From: a virus
Virus record (IMG/VR): IMGVR_UViG_3300046170_000502
Coordinates: 64,001 to 128,000 of that record
Reading direction: 5' to 3' (one strand)
DNA: 64,000 nt
Within the stretch, counting starts at the first letter, position 1. Each line of letters opens with the position of its first letter. Position numbers and translations under genes: made by a program. The notes under the pieces are model-generated. The model did not search any database. It had not been told where the DNA came from and saw only the letters and a list, made by a program, of their open reading frames with translations. Positions 45,857-54,982 of the stretch are shown one piece after another.

Positions 45857-47974
45857 ATGAAAGATTTTAAAACAAAAAACGGGTTCTTCACAGGTAATGT
45901 AGGGGTTGGTACTACGAGTCCAATATCACCATTAACAGTACAGGGCCAAAACGACACTACATTCGATAATATTGGTAATGTAACTTTTCTCGGAACAGAC
46001 GCTTACAATTCAAATGCTGGTGCTGGTATTATTTTTGGAGGTAGATACAATTCAGGCAATGATGTAACCACCTTTGGTCAAATATCGAGTATAAAAGAAA
46101 ACAATACCGATGGAGACTATAAAGCAACTTTAACCTTTGGAACTCGTGACGGTTCGACTTCAACAATGGAAAAAATGCGCATCAACTCCAGCGGCAACGT
46201 AGGTATTGGTACTACGAATCCTACATCTCCAAACTCAGTTAATAAATGTTTACACATATATGATGCTGACCATTGTTCACTTGCCCTGAGTGACGCAACT
46301 AATACTTGGGAAATTGTTTCAAATAGCGCTTTTACAATTAGAGAAGGTGTGGATACTAGGCTTAGCATAGACACATCTGGCAACGTAGGTATTGGTACTA
46401 CGAATCCTGTAAGTAAATTTGAAATTTATGGAACTGGAGACTTACTTAGATTATATTCTACTAATGCTGGAGCTGGTGGAGCTCAAATAGATTTAATCCA
46501 TGATTCAAGTTCTCCAGCAGATAATGATTCTGCTGGTTTAATTAATTTTCTAGGTAGAGATGCAGATTCCAATTTAACAACTTGGGCCTCAGTGAGAGGA
46601 ATTGTTAGAGATTTAAATAGTAAGGGCGGAGATATTACTTTCCTTAATAGATTAGGCAGTAATTTTGAAGAAAATATGCGTATCACCTCCAGCGGCAACG
46701 TAGGTATTGGTACTACGAATCCTGGTGCAACTCTCCATGTTAAGGCAAGTGATGATTCTACGAATGCATTGGCTTTCTGGGTAGTAAATAAGGCTCACAA
46801 TAATTCAATTATTTCTGCATATGAAAATGGTGATGTGTCACTTGGTACATTGACCTACAAAGATACATCAGGCAACGTAGGTATTGGTACTACGAGTCCT
46901 ATTGCTAGATTAAATATAGCAAATACAATAGCAGATTCTAATGTTTTCACTATATCGAGGGCGGAAAATGCTACTGTCTCCTTGTTGAGTATTTTTCAAG
47001 ATAGTAGTTGGGATATAGGGGGAGGTCAAGGAAGCGGCATCGCTCACATTAATACAAATAATAGAAATTTAGCAATAACGACATCCAGTGACCAAAGTCT
47101 TGATGGGGGAATATTTATTAACGAATCTGGCAACGTAGGTATTGGTACTACGAGTCCTGGTGCTAGATTAGACATATTAGGCCCCAACTCTACAGGTACT
47201 TTCTTTTCGGCGATGAATGCAGGCGCAGGTGGTACCGAGTTTAAAAGAGTTAATTCGAACTCTTATCCCTACAATCACTTCCTTTTTTACAATGGCCGCG
47301 TAGGTATTGGTACTACGAATCCTGGTTACAACCTTGATGTGCAACAATCTGATGGTAGTTGGGCTTCAAGAATATACAATACTGGTTCCAGTGGTGATGC
47401 CGCAGGTTTGCTTGTTAGGACAGATGCTACTGCTAGCGATAACGCATCAGCTTTCGGTATTTTTACCGATGGTGCATATAAGTTTCTTGTAAAAAGCACC
47501 GGCAACGTAGGTATTAGTACTACGGATACTAGCTCTTATAAATTACATGTAAATGGTAGTGTTTTTGCCAGTTCATATTACCCTACTTCTGACGACCGCG
47601 TCAAACACAACGAACAACCTATCGTTGGCGCACTTGAAACACTCTCTAAAATTACACCCAAGAAGTACATCAAAACAACCGAAATGTACGATGTCGATCA
47701 TGACTTTAAACTTGATTCTGACGGCAATCCGATTGATGAGAATGGTGAATCAGTTGAACATCGCATCGAAGCAGGTGTAATCGCGCAACAAGTATTAACC
47801 GTTGATGAATTAGCATTTGCGGTTACCCCAGAAGGTGTAGACGAAGATGAAAATGCTACCAGACCACACGGCCTCGATTACAATAGTTTATTTACTTATG
47901 CAATCGCCGCGATCCAAGAACAACAGAAACTAATCGAAGATCTTAAAGCTCGAATCGAAACTTTAGAATCTTAG
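45857..47974 (+). CDS. Tail fibre protein 3 with a C-terminal S74 chaperone
   Basis: Eight GxVG(I/V)(G/S)TT repeats and TSDDRVKHN. Confidence 0.88.
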   Translation: MKDFKTKNGFFTGNVGVGTTSPISPLTVQGQNDTTFDNIGNVTFLGTDAYNSNAGAGIIFGGRYNSGNDVTTFGQISSIKENNTDGDYKATLTFGTRDGSTSTMEKMRINSSGNVGIGTTNPTSPNSVNKCLHIYDADHCSLALSDATNTWEIVSNSAFTIREGVDTRLSIDTSGNVGIGTTNPVSKFEIYGTGDLLRLYSTNAGAGGAQIDLIHDSSSPADNDSAGLINFLGRDADSNLTTWASVRGIVRDLNSKGGDITFLNRLGSNFEENMRITSSGNVGIGTTNPGATLHVKASDDSTNALAFWVVNKAHNNSIISAYENGDVSLGTLTYKDTSGNVGIGTTSPIARLNIANTIADSNVFTISRAENATVSLLSIFQDSSWDIGGGQGSGIAHINTNNRNLAITTSSDQSLDGGIFINESGNVGIGTTSPGARLDILGPNSTGTFFSAMNAGAGGTEFKRVNSNSYPYNHFLFYNGRVGIGTTNPGYNLDVQQSDGSWASRIYNTGSSGDAAGLLVRTDATASDNASAFGIFTDGAYKFLVKSTGNVGISTTDTSSYKLHVNGSVFASSYYPTSDDRVKHNEQPIVGALETLSKITPKKYIKTTEMYDVDHDFKLDSDGNPIDENGESVEHRIEAGVIAQQVLTVDELAFAVTPEGVDEDENATRPHGLDYNSLFTYAIAAIQEQQKLIEDLKARIETLES
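47547..47910 (+). repeat. 364-bp direct repeat, copy 2
   Basis: Matches 45414-45777. Confidence 0.88.
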
Positions 47975-49191
47975 AAGTCGCTTAATGCAACTCTTTTCCA
48001 TAAGTCGCCACTCACGCAAATATACATATAATCATTATCATATGTAATTTCTCCTTTTGATCCTATTGAATTACTATTTTCTGGAGTATTATAATTTTGA
48101 AAATTTAATTTATTAAAACTTCCTGATACATTTGATATTGTATTATTTTCTGGCTTATAAAAACTATATAAGTCTCCACTAGTGGTAGTTAAATTATTTT
48201 CGAGCTTTGTTATTTTGTCTCCAGCTTTCCATTTTTTTTCAGTAGAGTCCCATTGTATAGAATTATTTTCTTGACTTGGGTTTACTCCCCCTATTGATCC
48301 AGAGATATTTATTCCTGAAGCATTAATTCCAGAGGGAAAAGTTATTTCGCCCTGCTCTGTAGAAGAAATACTTGTGTTTCCAATGTATAACGAATTGTTA
48401 GATAGGTATAAATGCCTTATTTTATATTCCGCAGAGCCAATATCATATGTTGAGTTTGTATCTGGTATAATGTGTGCGTCCAGGTTGCCATCGAGGTAGT
48501 TGGCTACATCTGTGTCGCTGTAAGTTGTTAAGTTTGCGCTTAAATTTTGCACGAATCCTGAGATTTGACTTATATCCCCTGTGGCGAGATCAACTTTTCC
48601 TGAGATTGTATTAAATCGTGAGTCATCAGAAACCTCTTCGTTGATAAGAACCTGAATGGCCCCTGAGATTTGACTTATATCCCCTGTGGCGAGATCAACT
48701 TTTCCTGAGATTGTATTAAATCGTGAGTCATCAGAAACCTCTTCGTTGATAAGAACCTGAATGGCCCCTGAGATTTGACTTATATCCCCTGTGGCGAGAT
48801 CAACTTTTCCTGAGATTGTATTAAATCGTGAGTCATCAGAAACCTCTTCGTTGATAAGAACCTGAATGGCCCCTGAGATTTGACTTATATCCCCTGTGGC
48901 GAGATCAACTTTTCCTGAGATTGTATTAAATCGTGAGTCATCAGAAACCTCTTCGTTGATAAGAACCTGAATGGCCCCTGAGATTTGACTTATATCCCCT
49001 GTGGCGAGATCAACTTTTCCTGACAGTGAGTTTATTTCTGACGAGTAGTTGATGCCCCCTTGAGTAATGTTAGTTACATAGCTTTCTGTAGCGACTGGTT
49101 GCCCACTTATCGTTATTTGCCCGGTTATTGAAACCTCGTTAGCTTCTAAGGAGTTAAAGATACCACTATCTGTTTTGAAAATCGCTGACAT
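47971..49191 (-). CDS. Fibre/stalk-like virion protein with 35-aa repeats
   Basis: SGKVDLATGDISQISGAIQVLINEEVSDDSRFNTI repeats; HIIPDTNSTYDIGSAEYKIRHLYLS; C-terminal GEITYDNDYMYICVSGDLWKRVALS fibre-tip-like motif. Confidence 0.7.
   Translation of the reverse strand: MSAIFKTDSGIFNSLEANEVSITGQITISGQPVATESYVTNITQGGINYSSEINSLSGKVDLATGDISQISGAIQVLINEEVSDDSRFNTISGKVDLATGDISQISGAIQVLINEEVSDDSRFNTISGKVDLATGDISQISGAIQVLINEEVSDDSRFNTISGKVDLATGDISQISGAIQVLINEEVSDDSRFNTISGKVDLATGDISQISGFVQNLSANLTTYSDTDVANYLDGNLDAHIIPDTNSTYDIGSAEYKIRHLYLSNNSLYIGNTSISSTEQGEITFPSGINASGINISGSIGGVNPSQENNSIQWDSTEKKWKAGDKITKLENNLTTTSGDLYSFYKPENNTISNVSGSFNKLNFQNYNTPENSNSIGSKGEITYDNDYMYICVSGDLWKRVALSDF
48557..49023 (-). repeat. 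About 4.4 tandem 105-bp perfect repeats
   Basis: TGACTTATATCCCC recurs at 48566, 48671, 48776, 48881 and 48986. Confidence 0.92.
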
Positions 49192-49200
49192 ATATTTATA

Positions 49201-49205
49201 TACAC
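49201..49205 (-). promoter_or_regulatory. GTGTA putative late-promoter motif
   Basis: 9 nt before the ATG at 49191. Confidence 0.65.
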
Positions 49206-49308
49206 TTGTTTATTTTTTTATTAAAAAAAAATCTTGTAAAAAATCGCAGAATCCCTGTGTAGGACTGCGGTTTAGCTTAAAATGCAATTTCCCAAAAATA
49301 GACAATCA

Positions 49309-49313
49309 ATGTA
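49309..49313 (+). promoter_or_regulatory. ATGTA variant of the late-promoter motif
   Basis: 9 nt before the ATG at 49323. Confidence 0.4.
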
Positions 49314-49322
49314 TATATTTAT

Positions 49323-51083
49323 ATGGCAAAAATATTCAGAACAGAAGAATTGTCATTTAATAGCGATAATATTCGCATTAAATCGAGTGCAGAAGGAGCG
49401 TTTGAAATTACAAATGCTGGCGGAAGCACATTAATGAGTAGGGCAACTATCGAGAGTGATGTTTCCAGTCTACAGGCTGTAGATACCCAGAATCTCGGTA
49501 ACCTACAAACAGATCTTTCGAGCTTGAGTGCTCGAAATGATATTGAGGAAAACTCAACAGACACAGAGGTTTCTAGCTTAGCAGCTAAAGACTCTGATCT
49601 CGATACAGATATCTCTAGCCTTGTTGCTAAGGATAGCGGAGTCGATACAGATATCTCTAGTCTTCATGCTCAGCGCGTTTCTGACGAAGATGCTAACGAT
49701 TCAGAAATCTCTAGTCTTCAAGCTCAACGCGAAAGCGATGAGAGTACTAAGAACACAGAAGTTTCCAGTCTTCAAGCTCAGCGCGAAAGCGATGAGAGTA
49801 CTAAGGACACAGAAGTTTCCAGTCTTCAAGCTCAACGCGAAAGCGATGAGAGCACTAAAGATACAGAGGTTTCTAGCTTAACAGCTAAAGACGCTGATCT
49901 CGATACAGATATCTCTAGCCTTGTTGCTAAGGATAGCGGAGTCGATACAGACATCTCTAGTCTTCATGCTCAGCGCGTTTCTGACGAAGATACTAACGAT
50001 TCAGAAATCTCTAGTCTTCAAGCTCAACGCGAAAGCGATGAGAGTACTAAGGACACAGAAGTTTCCAGTCTTCAAGCTCAGCGCGAAAGCGATGAGAGTA
50101 CTAAGGACACAGAAGTTTCCAGTCTTCAAGCTCAGCGCGAAAGTGATGAGAGCACTAAAGATACAGAGGTTTCTAGCTTAACAGCTAAAGACGCTGATCT
50201 CGATACAGATATCTCTAGCCTTGTTGCTAAGGATAGCGGAGTCGATACAGACATCTCTAGTCTTCATGCTCAGCGCGTTTCTGACGAAGATACTAACGAT
50301 TCAGAAATCTCTAGTCTTCAAGCTCAACGTGAAAGCGATGAGAGTACTAAGGACACAGAAGTTTCCAGTCTTCAAGCTCAGCGCGAAAGTGATGAGAGCA
50401 CTAAAGATACAGAGGTTTCTAGCTTAACAGCTAAAGACGCTGATCTCGATACAGATATCTCTAGCCTTGTTGCTAAGGATAGCGGAGTCGATACAGACAT
50501 CTCTAGTCTTCATGCTCAGCGCGTTTCTGACGAAGATACTAACGATTCAGAAATCTCTAGTCTTCAAGCTCAGCGCGAAAGCGATGAGAGTACTAAGGAC
50601 ACAGAAGTTTCCAGTCTTCAAGCTCAGCGCGAAAGTGATGAGAGCACTAAAGATACAGAAGTTTCCAGTCTTCAAGCTCAGCGCGAAAGCGATGAGAGTA
50701 CTAAGGACACAGAAGTTTCCAGTCTTCAAGCTCAACGCGAAAGCGATGAGAGCACTAAAGATACAGAGGTTTCTAGCTTAACAGCTAAAGACACTGATCT
50801 CGATACAGATATCTCTAGTTTAGCAGTTGTTGCTTCTGAGAATGATGTAAGAGTTATCACAGTATCTCTTAATGAAGGAGACACCTCTAAGGCAGTAACA
50901 TTCCCAAGCGCATTCCCGAATGGATCGGATGTTTCTGCTATCGGAATGATTAAAGCCGGAACTAATGACGCTATCGTTGCATGTCAACTTAGCGAAATTA
51001 GCGTAACTTCTGCAACATTCCAGTTCTCTGATGATATTCCAGCTGGTGGGGCATACTCATTGGTTGTAATGGCTTCTGCGTAA
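49323..51083 (+). CDS. Acidic Ser-rich coiled-coil stalk protein (14/18-aa repeats) with a C-terminal beta-module
   Basis: SSLQAQRESDESTKDTEV and SSLxAKDxxxDTDI repeats; C-terminal LNEGDTSKAVTFPSAF..FQFSDDIP. Confidence 0.7.
   Translation: MAKIFRTEELSFNSDNIRIKSSAEGAFEITNAGGSTLMSRATIESDVSSLQAVDTQNLGNLQTDLSSLSARNDIEENSTDTEVSSLAAKDSDLDTDISSLVAKDSGVDTDISSLHAQRVSDEDANDSEISSLQAQRESDESTKNTEVSSLQAQRESDESTKDTEVSSLQAQRESDESTKDTEVSSLTAKDADLDTDISSLVAKDSGVDTDISSLHAQRVSDEDTNDSEISSLQAQRESDESTKDTEVSSLQAQRESDESTKDTEVSSLQAQRESDESTKDTEVSSLTAKDADLDTDISSLVAKDSGVDTDISSLHAQRVSDEDTNDSEISSLQAQRESDESTKDTEVSSLQAQRESDESTKDTEVSSLTAKDADLDTDISSLVAKDSGVDTDISSLHAQRVSDEDTNDSEISSLQAQRESDESTKDTEVSSLQAQRESDESTKDTEVSSLQAQRESDESTKDTEVSSLQAQRESDESTKDTEVSSLTAKDTDLDTDISSLAVVASENDVRVITVSLNEGDTSKAVTFPSAFPNGSDVSAIGMIKAGTNDAIVACQLSEISVTSATFQFSDDIPAGGAYSLVVMASA
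49560..50820 (+). repeat. Hierarchical 42/54-bp coding VNTR
   Basis: The higher-order unit A14-B14-C18-(D18)n has n=3,3,2,4; periods include 300 and 246 bp. Confidence 0.92.
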
Positions 51084-51106
51084 TCGAGCAAGATTTATTT
51101 ATCTTG

Positions 51107-51132
51107 GGCGACCCTTCGGGGTCGCCTTTTTT
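51107..51132 (+). terminator. Rho-independent terminator with a cUUCGg loop
   Basis: GGCGACCC-TTCG-GGGTCGCC-T6. Confidence 0.92.
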
Positions 51133-51137
51133 GTGTA
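51133..51137 (+). promoter_or_regulatory. GTGTA putative late-promoter motif abutting the terminator
   Basis: 9 nt before the ATG at 51147. Confidence 0.65.
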
Positions 51138-51146
51138 TTTATATAT

Positions 51147-51755
51147 ATGCGAGAAAATAAAGGTGAAGTTTCTAAGAGTGTAAATGAAGAAAAATCAAAA
51201 CATATAATTGATAAGAAATTTTCAAAATTAAGGCACAAAGCTCTTTATATAGATTTAGAATATCAAGAAGTCTCGGATATTTTTAAGCAGGCTCAAAAGA
51301 ATTTTATATCATCAATGTTTCAATATTGCTCTGAAAGAAAAATAAGGCCGCCTCTAGATGACCCTGGAGGTGGAGATAAAAAAAAGAATTCAAAAAATAA
51401 AGACGAAGGTATAAAAGATTTATATAGAGAAATAGTTAAGATGACCCACCCTGATAAAACAGCAAATTTATCAGAAGAAGAAATCGAATCTAGGACCGAA
51501 CTTTACAATGAAGCCGTTAAGGGAAAGCAGGAGGGTGATTTTTGGACTATATTTAAAACTGCATTAGAATTAGATATACCAATTAATAATATATCTTTTG
51601 AGTATATAGAAAGGATAGAAAAAACGATATTTAAATTAGAGGGTAAAATAAATAAAATAAAAGATGATTTGATGTATAAGTGGTATTTTGCGGAAGAAGA
51701 TGTTCAACTAGATATCTTTGATAAAATAACTGCTAATCAAGAAAAATACGAATAA
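51147..51755 (+). CDS. J-domain-like (HPD) protein
   Basis: IKDLYREIVKMTHPDK...ELYNEA. Confidence 0.65.
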   Translation: MRENKGEVSKSVNEEKSKHIIDKKFSKLRHKALYIDLEYQEVSDIFKQAQKNFISSMFQYCSERKIRPPLDDPGGGDKKKNSKNKDEGIKDLYREIVKMTHPDKTANLSEEEIESRTELYNEAVKGKQEGDFWTIFKTALELDIPINNISFEYIERIEKTIFKLEGKINKIKDDLMYKWYFAEEDVQLDIFDKITANQEKYE

Positions 51756-51771
51756 TTTTATATAATATATT

Positions 51772-51963
51772 ATGAAAGTTGAATTTTACAACGTAAAGAA
51801 AAAAACAAAAGTTCAGGTAGACAGAGATAGGGTTAGTAAGCATGCGTACGAGAAAGCTTCCAAGATGGGTTCTTTAGTTATAAGATACGCTCTTAAGGCT
51901 GTCGATGAGGATGGCACCAAGCTTAGTAAGTTTTGCAGCAAAGCCGATTACGATAGTATTTAA
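51772..51963 (+). CDS. Small basic protein, possibly nucleic-acid binding
   Basis: 63 aa and Lys-rich; KVEFYNVKKK...RYALKA.DEDGTKL. Confidence 0.55.
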   Translation: MKVEFYNVKKKTKVQVDRDRVSKHAYEKASKMGSLVIRYALKAVDEDGTKLSKFCSKADYDSI

Positions 51964-54549
51964 CTATTCGGATATCACGAATGTGGCTGGATTTGACGTG
52001 GAGCTATTTGCAGCTCTATTTAATTTATCTAAATTAAAGACGTAATCTGCGTTGGGGTTAACTAATCCATTTTGGTCGCAAACTGTAAATTTATTGTTAA
52101 CGTCAAAAGAATTGTTTAATTGTGTTCCGTTGGCGTATGACTGGTATGTGTATGACGTACCTCCGTTAGGAGCCGTACCCCCTTCTGATACATTCTCAAA
52201 CGTAATATTACTTGGGTTTATTGAGGTGGTACCTATTGGTGCTAAACCTGCGCCCAAACTATTTGGTGAGGCTATAACAGTTCTTGAGGTAAAACCTTCG
52301 AGAGTGTATGTGGGGTTGCTTGATATTGAAGTAGTTTCTATATTTGCTAAATTAAAAGCTGACACCTGCCAATCAAACGTTCCTTTTGAGTCTGCATCGG
52401 ATACCGTTAAGGTGTAAGCATTACTAGTTTTTCCAGAACCAGAAGCTGTTTGAGTGAGCTGGGAGGGGTTTATTTGGGAAGCGTCTACATTTAGTGTTGG
52501 TGAATTCAGCATTAGTTGACTTGTTGTTAAATTGAAATTATCACTGGTTGGAGATGTTGATGTTTTTATCTTTAAAGCTAGGTTATTTATATTTATTGTC
52601 AAAGGCGTGTTTGCTATATTTACAGTTTTATAAGATTCTAGGACTGCGCCGTTCGAGTCTCTGGTAGCTGTTATTCTTAGATTGCTTTGGCCGCCATCTC
52701 CATCTACATTATATCCTCCAGAAAGGTAATCCACGCTTTTATTTGTTTCAAATAAGGATGGGTTACTTATTGTTATTTGATTGTTTGGTGATGTGTAGCT
52801 TATTAGGTCATGATTTATTACTATATTTTCTACGCTAGCTGATTCCGTAGACTTTATAGCTTGTTGGTTGGCTGGGTACGTTACTGGGCCAAAGCTTATA
52901 GATGGAACTGTAGAGTTATGAATTTCCGCTTTATCAGCCGTTTCAACTGGATCACTAATCGTTCCAAAATTGTTTATAGCCTTAAAGGTTGCACTTTGGT
53001 TCCCGTCTCTAGCTGAAGAGCCAAGCGGCCCAAATACATCAATTGGTACTGAGAATTCGAAGTTACCATTAGGTAGTGAGCTTTTCGAATAGTTTGAAGA
53101 AAATGAGGATTGACTTCCATCGCTAACTCCTAGGTTTTCGACCGATATAGATATATCATTTATAGAAACTCCGTTTCCGTTTATTTCTATTTTTGAATTA
53201 ACTACATCTCCAGCCTTAATTTGAGATGAACCTATAATATGAGGTGCGGAGGAAGAACTTGCTAGTGAATCTAATTGTGTTGAAACTATTACTGGGCCAT
53301 TGGCGATTTTAACTTTTACTTTTTTTGTGTCAGTGGCTCCATTACCGGTTCTTACTGCGTAAATTTCTATGTTATCATTATTGTTATATATCCCGTTGAC
53401 ATAATCGACAGTTTTCGTTGCCTCAAAATCAATTTGATTTATCATTGATATCTGTGGGTCTAATATTTCATAACTAACGAAATCTATTCCGTCTACCCAG
53501 TTGGATATTGAGTTTGAGAAGGTGGTTGATTCTCCTTCCCTTAAGCCATCTGACCTGCCGTTGTAAGATGATGGGTCTGATGCGGAGATTGTCGGATAAA
53601 CTTGATCTAAGTCTCTGGTTCCACTATTATGACCAAAGTCAGAAGACTCTTTTAGGTCTCCTGTGCTACCAAATGAATCTACCGCTTGAACCGCTACAGA
53701 TAAGGAGCCCTGTCTGTTCGAAATATCAACTGGTATTGTAGCTCTATATAAACCATCTACGCTTTGTAATGAATAGTTTGCATAATTCACTTCTTCAGCC
53801 AAGCCAAAATCATGAACTTTAATTAAATCGACATCATTTCTATCAAAATCTACATAAATATTGATAGAGTCCCCTTGTTTTAAATGGCTTGAACCTAAGG
53901 TCTCCCCGGGTTTGGCTGTTGCATTTTGAATTTCATCTATTAATACGTTAACTGGAGTTGGCCCTCCTCCTAACTCTAATAGGGGTAATACGGAGGTTCT
54001 CCCGTTAGCTGAGCCAGTTATCCCTGTTAGACCTTCTGCGTTTAAGTTGTCGATGAAGCCCATAAATCTTCTAGTATCTGTACCTAGCTGAGATATGTTA
54101 GATTCGGGTATTTTTTGACCATTGATATAAGCTTCGCCCATGTACGTTTCATTTGGTCCGTCCCATTTGAAATAAACCTTTAGGTCTTCTGCTGTAGCTA
54201 CAGTAACTCCGGATAGAAAAGTGTTTGGATCTGGGGTGTTATAGAATGTTTTTTGAGTAACTCCGATATTATCTTCGATATCCGAGAAAAAGCAAAACTC
54301 AGATGCCCCAGATTGGATTTGTGATACTGATGTTCCTAATCTCGAGACATCGACCCCGTCAAGAGTTAAACCGCTTACGAAATTACCACTAATAAATTCA
54401 ACACTATCAGAAGTTCTCACATTCTGATTCATTGAGAATTCTACGTCTCCAATATATAAATTATCAAAAACACCCGTAGCCCAAGCCTTGTTTACTCTAC
54501 CTACGCTACCTTCTCCGCTATTTCGTGGTACTAAATTTCTGGTTGCCAT
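51964..54549 (-). CDS. Large Ser/Thr/Asn-rich virion structural protein (beta-sandwich repeats)
   Basis: The N-terminus ATRNLVPRNSGEGSVG..W is typical of phage fibre/baseplate attachments; beta-rich; GTGTA motif upstream. Confidence 0.6.
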   Translation of the reverse strand: MATRNLVPRNSGEGSVGRVNKAWATGVFDNLYIGDVEFSMNQNVRTSDSVEFISGNFVSGLTLDGVDVSRLGTSVSQIQSGASEFCFFSDIEDNIGVTQKTFYNTPDPNTFLSGVTVATAEDLKVYFKWDGPNETYMGEAYINGQKIPESNISQLGTDTRRFMGFIDNLNAEGLTGITGSANGRTSVLPLLELGGGPTPVNVLIDEIQNATAKPGETLGSSHLKQGDSINIYVDFDRNDVDLIKVHDFGLAEEVNYANYSLQSVDGLYRATIPVDISNRQGSLSVAVQAVDSFGSTGDLKESSDFGHNSGTRDLDQVYPTISASDPSSYNGRSDGLREGESTTFSNSISNWVDGIDFVSYEILDPQISMINQIDFEATKTVDYVNGIYNNNDNIEIYAVRTGNGATDTKKVKVKIANGPVIVSTQLDSLASSSSAPHIIGSSQIKAGDVVNSKIEINGNGVSINDISISVENLGVSDGSQSSFSSNYSKSSLPNGNFEFSVPIDVFGPLGSSARDGNQSATFKAINNFGTISDPVETADKAEIHNSTVPSISFGPVTYPANQQAIKSTESASVENIVINHDLISYTSPNNQITISNPSLFETNKSVDYLSGGYNVDGDGGQSNLRITATRDSNGAVLESYKTVNIANTPLTININNLALKIKTSTSPTSDNFNLTTSQLMLNSPTLNVDASQINPSQLTQTASGSGKTSNAYTLTVSDADSKGTFDWQVSAFNLANIETTSISSNPTYTLEGFTSRTVIASPNSLGAGLAPIGTTSINPSNITFENVSEGGTAPNGGTSYTYQSYANGTQLNNSFDVNNKFTVCDQNGLVNPNADYVFNLDKLNRAANSSTSNPATFVISE

Positions 54550-54558
54550 TATGTTTAT

Positions 54559-54563
54559 TACAC
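54559..54563 (-). promoter_or_regulatory. GTGTA putative late-promoter motif
   Basis: 9 nt before the ATG at 54549. Confidence 0.65.
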
Positions 54564-54572
54564 TTTATATTT

Positions 54573-54977
54573 CTAAATTGATATATCATCCGTAAATGCC
54601 TCTGGGCCTGTATTATATCTCCAATGATTAGATCTTAGTTCTAGATCATTCTCATTCCTTAGTATCCACATTGTGTCTGATATGTGCTTAGCGTTTGAGG
54701 GTGTCAAGTCTCCATTTTCATCTTCCTCAAAAGCTTCACTTAATGTATATCTAGATTCGGCAAAATTGTTTTCTATGTTTTGTAAAAAAGAAAGGTCTCC
54801 TGTTAGATATTCTATAAAGTTTAGGCCGCTAACAAATAAACCGGAAGTCGCTTGTACTTGAGCAACTTCAAGTTTTCCATCATCTAGTTTTAATTGGGGT
54901 TGTAGGGGGTTTTGTCCTATTATATAATTATTTGGACCTACTCTTTTGAGGGGTTTTTGAACTTCGAAGAATTGCAT
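54573..54977 (-). CDS. Hypothetical protein, probably structural
   Basis: 134-aa ORF within the late unit. Confidence 0.55.
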   Translation of the reverse strand: MQFFEVQKPLKRVGPNNYIIGQNPLQPQLKLDDGKLEVAQVQATSGLFVSGLNFIEYLTGDLSFLQNIENNFAESRYTLSEAFEEDENGDLTPSNAKHISDTMWILRNENDLELRSNHWRYNTGPEAFTDDISI

Positions 54978-54982
54978 AATAT

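Larger units (their letters stand above)
41250..47524 (+). repeat. About 20 interspersed 24-30 bp repeats, consensus GGCAACGTAGGTATTGGTACTACGARTCCT
   Basis: Exact consensus at 41538, 41850, 42096, 42381, 42774, 44170, 45151, 46193, 46379, 46694, 46871 and 47129. Variants at 41250, 42579, 44371, 44617, 45367, 45893, 47294 and 47501. Confidence 0.92.

Noticed and set aside
41250-47524. CRISPR array (30-bp repeats with unique spacers)
   Set aside because: The repeats are in-frame coding (GNVGIGTTxP), spacers are over 150 bp and irregular, the repeat is not palindromic, and no cas genes are present.
45414-47910. Diversity-generating retroelement TR/VR pair
   Set aside because: The copies appear identical with no adenine-specific mismatches, they encode the chaperone rather than a tip domain, and there is no reverse transcriptase in the window.
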